Made by a program: the position numbers and the translations under genes. From the NCBI GenBank assembly GCA_964483665.1, contig CAZACP010000005.1, forward strand, positions 1,910-65,909: a DNA stretch of 64,000 nucleotides, read 5' to 3'. The notes under the pieces were generated by a model, which was not told the origin of the DNA, did not search any database, and saw only the letters and a program-made list of their open reading frames with translations. Below, in pieces: positions 44,807-54,255 of the stretch; within the stretch, counting starts at the first letter, position 1; each line of letters begins with the position of its first letter. This DNA is from an uncultured Candidatus Saccharibacteria bacterium (GTDB lineage Bacteria > Patescibacteriota > Doudnabacteria > UBA920).

Positions 44807-47365
44807 ATGGGCTTAGGATTTTTAAACAGGCTAAAATTTGGCGGGGAAGAAGCCGCTATAACTAATAAAGATTTTTCAGTTTCCACTACGGAAAATAAGG
44901 AAAAAAAAGAAAAAAGCCTAGTTCTTGATATTGGCAACAGTGTGTCAATGTCAGAAAAATCCCAAAATCAAGAAAGCGGTGACCAGGCTTTGGTTGTTAA
45001 AGCTTCCAAAAATTCACCGGTCACTGTACTGGGCGTTTTTGATACAGTTAACGAAAATAAAACCGGACCACAACCTGCAAAGATAGCGAAAAATTTTTTT
45101 AAAAATAATTTTGCTAAAATTTTCTCTGGGAAAGAAAAGCCTAAAACCGACGAAGATTTGCCGAATTACAAATCAGAAATGACAACTTTGTTTAGTGAAG
45201 CGGCAAAAAATGGAGCAGAGCAAAATCCTCCCAAAGGTTCAAGAACTACCGCGACAGTTTTGGGATTAACGGAAAATGTGGAAGGTAAAGATATGACAGC
45301 CGTTGTTGGCAATGTTGGTGATAGCGCTGTTTTTGTTTTAGAGGATGGAGAATTGAAAAAAATAACCCAAGAAAAGCACAAAAGTGTTATAACTTTGCCG
45401 GGCGGAAGAACTCAAACTGAGTTTAGTAAGATATTGTCTTTTTCAAAATCAAATACTATGCGTTCAGCCGGAATGTCTGTTCCTGAAGTAGCGACTTTCA
45501 AAGTTAAGCCCGGGAGTGTAATTTTGCTTGCTACAGACGGAATAGCGGAAAAATTATCTTTGGACCAAATAAAGGAATTACTCGCTTCTAGCGAAAATTC
45601 ACAACAAATTGCAGAAAAATTTATTGAAGCAGGTTATCAGAATGCTGACAGGGCTGCTGTTGTGGTAAAAATAAAAAATCCCGAATATACGGTGCCGGCA
45701 AAAAATAATGCACCTGCTGATACGGTTTTGGAAAATTTACCTTCAGTACAGGAAAGTAAAGTGCAAGAAGCTGAGCCTGAAATAACTAAGGAAGAAAAAC
45801 AAAAGTGGTACAGTGTGGTTAAAAATACGCTTAAAGAGGCAAAAAACTATTTACCGTCATTACCCAAAGTAAAGATGCCGAGTTTTAGCATGCCAAAGGT
45901 AAGTATGCCGAATGTGAAAATACCGGAAATGCCCAAGTTAAGTATGCCTGAATTTAACATGCCTAAGTTGCCTAATGTAAAAATGTCGGAAGTTAAAATG
46001 CCCAAGTTTGAAAGGCCCGGATTTTTAAAAAGAAATAAAACTGAGCAGTCCACAGAGCCCGAAAAACAGCCGGTGGAAGTAAATGTAGAAAAAGAGCTGC
46101 AAAAACCCGCGGTGGAAAGAAAAATTGGGGAAAGGGTTATGGCGCAGTTAAAAAATTTAAGGCCTATTGGTCTGAAGGAAATTGCGCTTTCGGCCGGGGC
46201 GGGAGCCGCGGTTAGAATTGGGGCAAAACTCACCATGGAAACCTTAAGTTTTGGAGCAAAAACTGCTGTGGCAGCCGCGGCAGGAGGCGTAACCTCAGGG
46301 GTTAGGGAATATTTTAAGCAAAGAAGAGAAGCAGACGAGCATATAAACAAATTTGTGGAAGAATTAAGCAGTAAGGGGATGCCGGACATAAAAAGCGGGA
46401 ATGCCCAAATGTTTAAAGTCCCTGAAACTTTAGTTGAATTGGCTGAAAAAAAACAAAGAGGCGAAAAAATGACAGTTAAAGATTTTAAAGAATTTTTAAA
46501 AGTAGATATGCACGCAGCTTTAGAGTTGTCCGACAAAGATGCTGAAGTTAGAAATAAAATTTTAGAAGAAATAGAAAAGTTGAAAATAGACAAAATGAAA
46601 ATCGCAGTAGCGGCTGCACAAGGCGCGGTAGCAGGCGCGATTGGCAGTATGGTAGTGGGCGAAATTATAGAATTCGGCAGCTCCCATAACTGGTTTAATG
46701 TGGACGAAAAAGCCAAAGATTTTATAGCCTGGGCGAAAAAAGGATTAAGCGGTTTTGGCGAACCGCATAATACTGCGGTAGCCGGATCAGTAGGCAAGGA
46801 AATTATTAAACAACAAATGCCAGGTTTAGAACAAGCTCCTGAATTAAAAATTCCGGATGAAATAATGCCGGATATTCTTCAAAATAAAGATTCGGCTTTT
46901 GAATATCAGGAAGTTGTTAAACAAAAACTGTATCAGTTTAATTCGGAAAGGGTGGAAAGTTTGACCAAAGCCTCAAGGGGTTTAATTCATGACTATTTGA
47001 ACAACGAAACATTGCTTAAAACATCTTTAGGCAAAGAAAATTTGTCTATTGAGAAAATGGTTTATGCGGAAGACTATTTAAGGAAGGCTTTGGAAAAAAT
47101 GCAAATTTCAGGGGGCAAACAAGTTGCGATTCCCGGAAATGTTATAGCCGAAGCCGTGGAAAAAGCCAGGCACTTAACCCAAGGACAGCTCGATAATTTA
47201 AAACAGCTTATAAATTCACCGGAACATAAGCTTGGTCAGGCTGCAAAAAACTTTATGGAATCGCAAGATTATGCCGAGAAAGCAAATGATACTAGAAAAT
47301 TTTTTGGCACTAAAGCCGACGGTTCAAAAATTGCGGGTTTATTAATTGTTGACGCAGTAAAATAA
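44807..47365 (+). CDS. large hypothetical protein with N-terminal PP2C-like (SpoIIE-type) phosphatase-like region and internal MPxxx pentapeptide tandem repeats
   Basis: TATVLGL...AVVGNVGDSAVFVLEDG...LLATDGIAEKL resembles PP2C motifs; 9 tandem 15-bp repeats at 45870-46010. Confidence 0.45.
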   Translation: MGLGFLNRLKFGGEEAAITNKDFSVSTTENKEKKEKSLVLDIGNSVSMSEKSQNQESGDQALVVKASKNSPVTVLGVFDTVNENKTGPQPAKIAKNFFKNNFAKIFSGKEKPKTDEDLPNYKSEMTTLFSEAAKNGAEQNPPKGSRTTATVLGLTENVEGKDMTAVVGNVGDSAVFVLEDGELKKITQEKHKSVITLPGGRTQTEFSKILSFSKSNTMRSAGMSVPEVATFKVKPGSVILLATDGIAEKLSLDQIKELLASSENSQQIAEKFIEAGYQNADRAAVVVKIKNPEYTVPAKNNAPADTVLENLPSVQESKVQEAEPEITKEEKQKWYSVVKNTLKEAKNYLPSLPKVKMPSFSMPKVSMPNVKIPEMPKLSMPEFNMPKLPNVKMSEVKMPKFERPGFLKRNKTEQSTEPEKQPVEVNVEKELQKPAVERKIGERVMAQLKNLRPIGLKEIALSAGAGAAVRIGAKLTMETLSFGAKTAVAAAAGGVTSGVREYFKQRREADEHINKFVEELSSKGMPDIKSGNAQMFKVPETLVELAEKKQRGEKMTVKDFKEFLKVDMHAALELSDKDAEVRNKILEEIEKLKIDKMKIAVAAAQGAVAGAIGSMVVGEIIEFGSSHNWFNVDEKAKDFIAWAKKGLSGFGEPHNTAVAGSVGKEIIKQQMPGLEQAPELKIPDEIMPDILQNKDSAFEYQEVVKQKLYQFNSERVESLTKASRGLIHDYLNNETLLKTSLGKENLSIEKMVYAEDYLRKALEKMQISGGKQVAIPGNVIAEAVEKARHLTQGQLDNLKQLINSPEHKLGQAAKNFMESQDYAEKANDTRKFFGTKADGSKIAGLLIVDAVK

Positions 47366-47369
47366 ATAT

Positions 47370-47678
47370 ATGATTAATTTAGACCAAACATTAAACAGCC
47401 TAATTCAGGAATTAGATTTAGAGGGGAGCGAGCAGGAAGTTTTAGAAGTAAAAGCCGAGTTAAAAGACAAATTTTATAAAGTGGTTATAGACACTCTTGT
47501 AAATAATTTAACTCCAGAGCAAAAACAGGAGTTTTTGCGTATTCTTAAAGAACAGCAGGATCCGAGTGTAGAAATAGAAAAGCTGGCAGCAAGCGTGCCC
47601 GGCCTTTTAGGCCAAATAACCGACGCCTTAGACAGAGAACTAAAGCTAATAAGGTCGTTTTTTGGTAAAAATCAATAA
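47370..47678 (+). CDS. hypothetical coiled-coil protein
   Basis: 102-aa ORF. Confidence 0.3.
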   Translation: MINLDQTLNSLIQELDLEGSEQEVLEVKAELKDKFYKVVIDTLVNNLTPEQKQEFLRILKEQQDPSVEIEKLAASVPGLLGQITDALDRELKLIRSFFGKNQ

Positions 47679-47692
47679 ACTATATAAAGAGA

Positions 47693-47727
47693 AAAGACCG
47701 GAGCTTTGCGGGCGTCCGGTCTTTTTT
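47693..47727 (+). terminator. rho-independent terminator
   Basis: AAGACCGGAG...TCCGGTCTTTTTT. Confidence 0.5.
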
Positions 47728-47758
47728 GGTTGTGAAGCGAAATCTGGCCGCTCTTATC

Positions 47759-48505
47759 TTATGGCCGGGAGCGGCGGAGAAGAGCGATGGCGGCGAGGCT
47801 GATGCCTATGAGCCCTAACGTGGTTGGTTCAGGGACGTCGGACTCGAAGTCGAATTTCGTGTTTGCATCACGGGTGTTAATCGTGAAGTTGTCCACGTTA
47901 CCTACAAACCCTGTCCAGCCACCGCCAGCTTTGAACTGTGTTACGCCGCCAGCACGGACACCGGCGTTGGGGAACGCAGTCAACACTTGGGCCCAGGTGC
48001 ACGGACTGCCAATGGAGCAAGCGGCGTTTCCGGGTGCGCCGGAAAACCACCAATTGGCGCCAGTGGCCATGGTATCCCAGGTTTGCCAAGTGTTGTCGGC
48101 AACGGCTTGGGTGTAATAGGCTTCGTATACCAGCCTTCCCATCCATGCGTTGTTGGTGTCCGTCAGATCGGTGTCTATATCGAATTGCAGCGACGGGGCG
48201 AGCGCCGGCCCGCCAGCTGAACGGTACGTGCTGTACGACAGCGTGGAAATGGCAGCAAGAGGCATGAGCTGGTACGCGAGTGTGCCGAGCAACATCCTGT
48301 CGCCGGCGGCGTCAACGCTGAGTTGCGCAGAGCCTGTGCCGAGCGGGGGAGTACCGGGTCCTTCCATTATTGTGCCGGATGCACCGGAACCACTCTCCAC
48401 GACAAATGCCCACCCGTTCATGTTGGACGGGTTTACCACGATGGTTGCGGCGCTGACTGTGAGGCCGAGCGCGAGAAACGCAATAAAGGCGGTTGCCTTC
48501 ATCAT
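47759..48505 (-). CDS. PEP-CTERM sorting-domain secreted protein
   Basis: Signal peptide, C-terminal VPEPTTLGLIGISLAAIALLRRSRP (PEP + TM + basic tail); ~60% GC. Confidence 0.65.
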   Translation of the reverse strand: MMKATAFIAFLALGLTVSAATIVVNPSNMNGWAFVVESGSGASGTIMEGPGTPPLGTGSAQLSVDAAGDRMLLGTLAYQLMPLAAISTLSYSTYRSAGGPALAPSLQFDIDTDLTDTNNAWMGRLVYEAYYTQAVADNTWQTWDTMATGANWWFSGAPGNAACSIGSPCTWAQVLTAFPNAGVRAGGVTQFKAGGGWTGFVGNVDNFTINTRDANTKFDFESDVPEPTTLGLIGISLAAIALLRRSRP

Positions 48506-48583
48506 AATAATTCACTCCTGTTTGTGTAGTGACAAAAAAAGAGGGCTCTAGATTTCGCTAGGATCCTCCTTAATTGACATAAA

Positions 48584-48612
48584 AGTATATCTTTTATTAG
48601 GGTTTTTGTCAA
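48584..48612 (-). promoter_or_regulatory. consensus sigma70 promoter TTGACA-N17-TATACT for PEP-CTERM gene
   Basis: Minus-strand TTGACAAAAACCCTAATAAAAGATATACT. Confidence 0.45.
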
Positions 48613-48725
48613 TTAAATGGTGAAGCCTGATTCCTGCGGCCTCTTTCATTTCGGTGACGGAGGCTGCTTTTTATATTCAAATTATTTATTTTAAAGGCTC
48701 ATCTCCGCCAGCCGGCGGATGAGCC

Positions 48726-48771
48726 TTTAAAAAATGTTTATAAACAAATTAAAAACCCCCTAAAGGGGGTT
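48726..48771 (-). terminator. rho-independent terminator downstream of tRNA-Ala
   Basis: AACCCCCTTTAGGGGGTT followed (minus strand) by T-rich tract; second 15-bp-stem hairpin at 48693-48728. Confidence 0.45.
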
Positions 48772-48781
48772 AAATTTTCTC

Positions 48782-48855
48782 TGGTGGACCTTGGGAGAAT
48801 CGAACTCCCGCATGCCGGATGCAAACCGGCCGCACTACCACTATGCTAAAGGCCC
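48782..48855 (-). tRNA. tRNA-Ala (anticodon UGC)
   Basis: GGGCCTTTAGCATAGTGGTAG...TTTGCAT...GGGAGTTCGATTCTCCCAAGGTCCACCA; G3:U70 pair present. Confidence 0.8.
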
Positions 48856-48912
48856 TTTAAAAGATTTTGGATTGCTGATTTGAGATTTTAGATTTAAAAA
48901 CGGACAATTAGA

Positions 48913-49155
48913 TTAAACAGTAGAGCCCAAGCCCCCAACTCCGGTAGGGAGCATATTAAATAGCCATAAAACAGACAAAATACACATAAGTAAACCAAAC
49001 AGTTTCCACCAGGTATAAGTGCCGGCACCAACGCCGGTACCTAGGTATTTTTCCGCTAAATCTATTTTACCTGAGAATTGGTCGGTTATCTGAACGGAAT
49101 ATTTCATTATTAACACTCCGGCAACAAACAAAAAGGGAGCAAATATAAAGCGCAT
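48913..49155 (-). CDS. small hydrophobic hypothetical protein
   Basis: 80-aa, 2-3 TM. Confidence 0.3.
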   Translation of the reverse strand: MRFIFAPFLFVAGVLIMKYSVQITDQFSGKIDLAEKYLGTGVGAGTYTWWKLFGLLMCILSVLWLFNMLPTGVGGLGSTV

Positions 49156-49411
49156 TTGGTTTTGTTTTAAGGTTTTATTATTGTCCTACTTCGCTCCGCT
49201 ACCGCGGGAGCTTCGAAGGACACTTCTTCGCGATGTATGTTTATCGGATAGCTCTATATTTAGAGGTTATCTACTATCCGTGCTCGCACTTCGCAGCCTT
49301 GGCGAAGAAGTGGTGGGCGTGCCAAGAATCGAACCCCAGTATTAGAAGCCAAAGGCTTCACTACGGGGCGCGCTTGGGACCTAGTCATTACGTGCCCTGT
49401 AGTAAATTTTA

Positions 49412-49486
49412 TGGTGGGTGCGGGAAGGATCGAACTTCCGACCCCGTCATTATCAGTGACGTGCTCTACCACTGAGCTACGCACCC
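49412..49486 (-). tRNA. tRNA-Ile (anticodon GAU)
   Basis: GGGTGCGTAGCTCAGTGGTAGAGCACGTCACTGATAATGACGGGGTCGGAAGTTCGATCCTTCCCGCACCCACCA. Confidence 0.8.
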
Positions 49487-49728
49487 AGGTATAAAAATTT
49501 TACTTCAGGGTCAGTGACCCCGATACCAGAAACGCTTGTTGCGTTTTGGTACGGGGCACGGCTCGCTTCCTGTCTGCCAAAAGGCAGGAAACCATCTGCT
49601 TGTCCGCCATAGCTTTAGCGACGGCGGAAGCTACACGCCCTTTATACTATATAAATAGCTTTTTTCTACCCAATACAACATATTTTAACATAAAGACTCT
49701 TACTTTGACAACCATATAGGAATATAGT

Positions 49729-50805
49729 ATGCTGAAATTAAGAAAATCAACGGTAGAAACAAAAATCTTTGAAAATTGTAAAATGCTTTTCGATAAATTT
49801 TTTGCAAAAAAAACTTCGGTTTTAGGTGTGGATATAGGCACTTCGAATATTAAAATTGCCCAAATTTCTCACCAAGCATCCCCGGTTTTAGAAACTTACG
49901 GCATGGTAAATTCTCCGTACCAGTTTTCCGGCAAGCAAGACTCAGAAGCAGTAAAAAAAACTTCCGATATTCTTAAAAAATTAATAGATAAAGCCGGAGT
50001 TACGACCAACGCTTGCGTTATTAGTTTCCCAAATAGCTCGGTTTTTACCTCTGTTTTAGAACTGCCGCAAATGAATGAGGTGGAAATGAAGTCTGCGGTG
50101 GAATTTGAAGCAAAAAAATATGTCCCGCTAGCTCTTTCTGACATTGACCTGTCTTGGACTGTGCTTTCAGTAGACCCACTTTCAGGTAAAACGGTCAAAA
50201 TACTGCTAACTGCGGTGCCTAAACAAATTACCCAAAACTATTTGGCTATTTTGGAAAATTTAGGCTTAAAGGCCCAAGCCGGGGAAATTGAGGCTTTGGC
50301 TTTAATTCGCTCGTTAATAGGTGGGGATAATATAAATTGTGTTATAATAGATATAGGTGCAAAGTCTACCAGTTTGAATATTGTTGAAAATGGATTTTTA
50401 AGACTCAGTCGAAATTTAAATATCGGTGGAGATACAATTACCCAAAAAATCGCGGAAAGTTTAAGGCTCTCTTTTCCGCGGGCAGAACAATTTAAGAAAG
50501 ATTTTGGGGTAAGCGGCTCGACTTTTATTCCAGAAACTATAAAACCCGTATTGAATATTGTAAAAAATGAGGTTAAACAGCTGTTGATGATATACCAGTC
50601 GCAGAATGTAAAAGTAGACAAGCTGGTGTTGGTGGGGGGCGGAGCTATGCTTCCCGGGATCAGCGACTACTTTTCTGACTTAAAGGTGGGCGTTGAATTA
50701 GGAAACCCTCTAAAATTAGTGGCTTATTCTAAAGAGCTGGAGCCACTAATAAAAAGATATACATTAAATTTAGCAGTGGCTATAGGGTTAGGTTTAAGGA
50801 AATAA
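49729..50805 (+). CDS. pilM: type IV pilus assembly protein PilM (actin-like ATPase fold)
   Basis: VLGVDIGTSNIKIAQ N-terminal motif, size, position at head of pil operon; start may be internal Met at ~49786. Confidence 0.75.
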   Translation: MLKLRKSTVETKIFENCKMLFDKFFAKKTSVLGVDIGTSNIKIAQISHQASPVLETYGMVNSPYQFSGKQDSEAVKKTSDILKKLIDKAGVTTNACVISFPNSSVFTSVLELPQMNEVEMKSAVEFEAKKYVPLALSDIDLSWTVLSVDPLSGKTVKILLTAVPKQITQNYLAILENLGLKAQAGEIEALALIRSLIGGDNINCVIIDIGAKSTSLNIVENGFLRLSRNLNIGGDTITQKIAESLRLSFPRAEQFKKDFGVSGSTFIPETIKPVLNIVKNEVKQLLMIYQSQNVKVDKLVLVGGGAMLPGISDYFSDLKVGVELGNPLKLVAYSKELEPLIKRYTLNLAVAIGLGLRK

Positions 50806-50879
50806 AAATTTTTTAAACTGTAATATAAAAATAAATAATTTTACTTACTTAGATTTTAGCTAAGGCTACTAAAATAAAT

Positions 50880-51443
50880 ATGGCGGAAATAAATTTATTA
50901 AAAACCCCTGGGTCTGAGCGAAATATTTTTCAAGACTTGTCTAGTTGGCTGGTAAAAATTTTAGTTGTGTTGGCTTTGGCTGTAATCGGCTATTACGGGT
51001 ATGTTTTTTTCAAGGTTAAGGCTACTACTAAAGAAATTGGGGAAATTCAGCAAGATATTGAAAAAAACAAAGTTGAAGCTTTGTCCCTGCCGGGCAGAGA
51101 CGAATTTTTGTTAAGACAGTCTCAGTTAAAAGACTTTGCGGCCTTAACAGGGGCGCACATTTATTATTCGAAACTTATTCCGGCGTTGGCAAAGGTCACA
51201 TATAAATTAGCTAACTATAGCGGTATAAACGTAACCACACAAGGAAAAATTACAATGCAGGCTACTGTGCCTAGTTTGGCTGATTTAGACAAATTTTTAC
51301 AGGTTTTTGATGATTCTGAAGTTAGTAAAAATTTTTACAATGTACGCGTGGGTGGTTTTAGTCAAATTGAGGTTTCCGACGGGAAAGCTTATATTTTTAC
51401 AGTCCAAATGGATTATAATCCCGCAATTTTAGCAGCTAACTAA
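50880..51443 (+). CDS. pilN: PilN-like type IV pilus assembly protein (single N-terminal TM)
   Basis: Topology and position after pilM. Confidence 0.5.
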   Translation: MAEINLLKTPGSERNIFQDLSSWLVKILVVLALAVIGYYGYVFFKVKATTKEIGEIQQDIEKNKVEALSLPGRDEFLLRQSQLKDFAALTGAHIYYSKLIPALAKVTYKLANYSGINVTTQGKITMQATVPSLADLDKFLQVFDDSEVSKNFYNVRVGGFSQIEVSDGKAYIFTVQMDYNPAILAAN

Positions 51444-51449
51444 ATTTTT

Positions 51450-52070
51450 ATGAACGAACTTCCAAAAACTTTTGCTAAAATTCAACTGCCCCCGATTAAT
51501 AAGCAAAACCAGGTAAGTATGATAGAAATGTTTTTATTGGTAGTTATTATTACACTTTTTTATTTTTTTGTTATTTCCCCTAAAAAGGCAGAGCTTGTTA
51601 GTTTAAATACAAAAGCCGAAGCTTTAAGAGCAGAACAAGGCAAAATACAAACTCAAAAAAAGGATTTAGAGAATTTTATTAGCAATATGAAGGCAAGTCC
51701 GGATTTAATAACTAAATTAGACGAAGCTCTTCCACTAAATGGGAAAGTTATGACACTCCATTTAATAATGGATAAGCTGGTAAGCGAGGCGGGTGTTAGT
51801 GCTGACAGTATTTCGTTTAGCGGAAGTTCAGAATCACCCCTTGCTGGCAATAGAGATTTAATTTTAAATCCGTATGGTACTAAACGGTCTCTAAAAAAAA
51901 TATTGGGTAGCCTTAGTGTTAAAGGTACATTTGAACAAATACAAATTTTTTTAAAAAAACTCGAGGAGAGTGGCAGACTTTTTGACTTAAGTGATATGCA
52001 AATGAATATAGATGCAATGGGATTAGTCCATTTAAATTCCACTTTATCAACTTATTACTTTGCGCCTTAA
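51450..52070 (+). CDS. pilO: PilO-like type IV pilus assembly protein
   Basis: Single TM + coiled coil + periplasmic domain; position. Confidence 0.45.
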   Translation: MNELPKTFAKIQLPPINKQNQVSMIEMFLLVVIITLFYFFVISPKKAELVSLNTKAEALRAEQGKIQTQKKDLENFISNMKASPDLITKLDEALPLNGKVMTLHLIMDKLVSEAGVSADSISFSGSSESPLAGNRDLILNPYGTKRSLKKILGSLSVKGTFEQIQIFLKKLEESGRLFDLSDMQMNIDAMGLVHLNSTLSTYYFAP

Positions 52071-52087
52071 GAATTAAGACTAAACGG

Positions 52088-52414
52088 ATGAACAAAAAAA
52101 ATTTGGTTCAGATAGTTATAATATTTGCTTGTTTTTCGGCGAGCGGTGTTGTTATTTATAATAATTTTCTTAAAAAAGCCGATCTACCTTCTGAACTAAC
52201 AGGACAAGTAATTAAACCTGGAGTACAGCCGGACGCACCTATTTTGCCAGGAGGAGCCTCTTTTGATTTAGATGTAATTTCTAAGGCTAAATTTAGATTT
52301 AATTTATTAGATTACCCTAAACTTAAGCCTGAAAGCGAAGTTGGCGTAGAAGAGCAAAATGTTTTAAAGCCTTTGGTTCAATCTCAATCAGGAACTAACA
52401 CAACAAAAAATTAA
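52088..52414 (+). CDS. small membrane-anchored protein (possible PilP-like)
   Basis: 108 aa, N-terminal TM; position between pilO and pilB. Confidence 0.3.
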   Translation: MNKKNLVQIVIIFACFSASGVVIYNNFLKKADLPSELTGQVIKPGVQPDAPILPGGASFDLDVISKAKFRFNLLDYPKLKPESEVGVEEQNVLKPLVQSQSGTNTTKN

Positions 52415-52417
52415 GTT

Positions 52418-54172
52418 ATGGCTACAACTAATAGAACCGCAGTAGATGATGGCCAGACTTTTGCTAAATTTTTAGCTCAGAATGGTTTTGTGCCAGAGCA
52501 AGTTGTGCAGCAGCTAGAAACAGTCAGGCAAAAAACCGGCCAAGATTTAACACAGCTACTAATTGCCAGGAATATTTTGCAGGAAGAGGACGCCACTAAA
52601 GCAAAAGCGGCTTTTTTCAACATTCCTTATGTCGATTTAAGACAGTTGCAAATTCCTCCCCAAGTAACGACCTTAATACCCCAAGAATCAATTAATTTTT
52701 ATAATTTTGTTCCATTTGAATTAAAAGGAAATTTACTTAAGGTTGCAATTACTGACCCTGGAAATTTGTCCGCTTTACAGGCATTGGAATTTTTAGGTCA
52801 AAAACAAAATTTGCAAGTACAACTCTATTTGGCCTCTGAAACTTCGGTGGGTATTGTCAGTGGAAAAAGGCAAAATTTAAAAAAAGTGGTTGGGCAGGCT
52901 TTAAAAGACATACAAACAAAGGAAGATGTTGAACAAAAGCCCATTTTGGAGCAAAAAGAAGCCAAGCCCCAAGTAATTGAAGACGCCCCTATAATCAAAA
53001 TTGTTGAGGTTATCCTTAGCAACGCTATTGAGGCGAATGCTTCAGATATCCACGTTGAGCCTTCAGAAAAGGATGTGAGAGTTCGCTATAGAATAGACGG
53101 TATTTTACATACCTCGTTGGTGTTACCCAGAAATGTGCTTTCTGCTATTGTTACCCGCGTAAAAATCTTGTCGAATTTAAAAATAGACGAATCGCGTCTT
53201 CCGCAAGACGGCAGATTTCATATGGAGGTAGGAAAAAAATCGGTTGATTTGCGTGTTTCGATTTTGCCCTTAATATATGGCGAAAAGATAGTGATGCGTA
53301 TTTTGGACAAGACCGGGTCGGTGCCAACACTTGAACAGCTTGGGCTTAGGGGGATTGCGCTCAAATGGGTGCAGGAAAATATAAAAAAGACCCATGGAAT
53401 TTTTCTTATTACCGGACCTACGGGTAGCGGTAAATCAACAACTTTATATGCAATTTTGTCTATTTTAAATACCCCCAGTGTCAACATTATTACTTTGGAG
53501 GATCCGGTTGAATACTTTATGGAAGGGGTAAACCAGAGCCAGGTTAATTCGGAAATTGGTTTAACTTTTGCGGCTGGACTCCGTTCTATTTTGCGTCAAG
53601 ACCCTAATATCGTTATGGTTGGTGAAATTCGAGACAAGGAAACCGCGGAAATCGCCGTTCATGCAGCCTTAACGGGGCACTTACTTTTTTCGACCCTTCA
53701 CACTAATAATGCAATTGGCGCTATGCCGAGAATGATAGATATGGGCATAGAACCGTTTTTGCTAACCGCTTCTGTCAATGTAGTTATGGCTCAGCGTTTA
53801 GTTAGAAAGATTTGCCCGCACTGCAAGAAAGAAGCAGAAATCCAACCCGCGTTTTTAGAGGAAATTAAAAAAGATTTATTAACTGTGCCTAAGGAGTATT
53901 TAGAAGGATTAGATCAAAGTAATTTAAAGGTATATAAAGGAGCCGGCTGCGAGAAATGCGGCCATACCGGTTATACAAGCCGGTTTGGAATTTTTGAAGT
54001 TTTGGCGGTTACCAATGAAATTCAGGACATGGTTCTTTCGAAAGCCTCTACTCATAAAATTTACGAAGCAGGGGCAAAAATGGGCATGATAACAATGAAA
54101 CAAGATGGGTATTTAAAAGCATTACGAGGAGAAACCACAATAGATGAAATAATTAGGGTGACGACGGAATAA
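52418..54172 (+). CDS. pilB: type IV pilus assembly ATPase PilB (GspE family)
   Basis: N-terminal GSPII_E_N domain, Walker A GPTGSGKST, Asp/His boxes, tetracysteine CPHC...CEKCGH. Confidence 0.85.
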   Translation: MATTNRTAVDDGQTFAKFLAQNGFVPEQVVQQLETVRQKTGQDLTQLLIARNILQEEDATKAKAAFFNIPYVDLRQLQIPPQVTTLIPQESINFYNFVPFELKGNLLKVAITDPGNLSALQALEFLGQKQNLQVQLYLASETSVGIVSGKRQNLKKVVGQALKDIQTKEDVEQKPILEQKEAKPQVIEDAPIIKIVEVILSNAIEANASDIHVEPSEKDVRVRYRIDGILHTSLVLPRNVLSAIVTRVKILSNLKIDESRLPQDGRFHMEVGKKSVDLRVSILPLIYGEKIVMRILDKTGSVPTLEQLGLRGIALKWVQENIKKTHGIFLITGPTGSGKSTTLYAILSILNTPSVNIITLEDPVEYFMEGVNQSQVNSEIGLTFAAGLRSILRQDPNIVMVGEIRDKETAEIAVHAALTGHLLFSTLHTNNAIGAMPRMIDMGIEPFLLTASVNVVMAQRLVRKICPHCKKEAEIQPAFLEEIKKDLLTVPKEYLEGLDQSNLKVYKGAGCEKCGHTGYTSRFGIFEVLAVTNEIQDMVLSKASTHKIYEAGAKMGMITMKQDGYLKALRGETTIDEIIRVTTE

Positions 54173-54255
54173 AATAAATGACAAAAATTAAAAAAATGAT
54201 AAAAATTAAGTGCAGAAATACAGGAATATTTTTGCCATTTATGTTCATTTAAATT

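Noticed and set aside
45847-46797. Minus-strand 316-aa ORF antisense to the 852-aa gene
   Set aside because: It is the repetitive, low-complexity mirror of the MPxxx repeat region and lies within a well-supported plus-strand CDS.
47787-48551. Numerous overlapping ORFs on both strands (109, 82, 109, 77, 133, 67, 68 aa)
   Set aside because: Artefacts of the ~60% GC PEP-CTERM gene region, where stop codons are rare in all frames. Only the 248-aa minus-strand ORF has protein-like features.
49233-49484. ORFs 49233..49475 and 49260..49484
   Set aside because: They overlap tRNA-Ile and the tRNA-like block.
49310-49660. tmRNA ending at the CCA-terminated T-arm-like segment
   Set aside because: tRNA-Ile occupies the position where the tmRNA body would have to lie, and no tag-peptide reading frame or 5' acceptor complement (GGGCGTG) is present.
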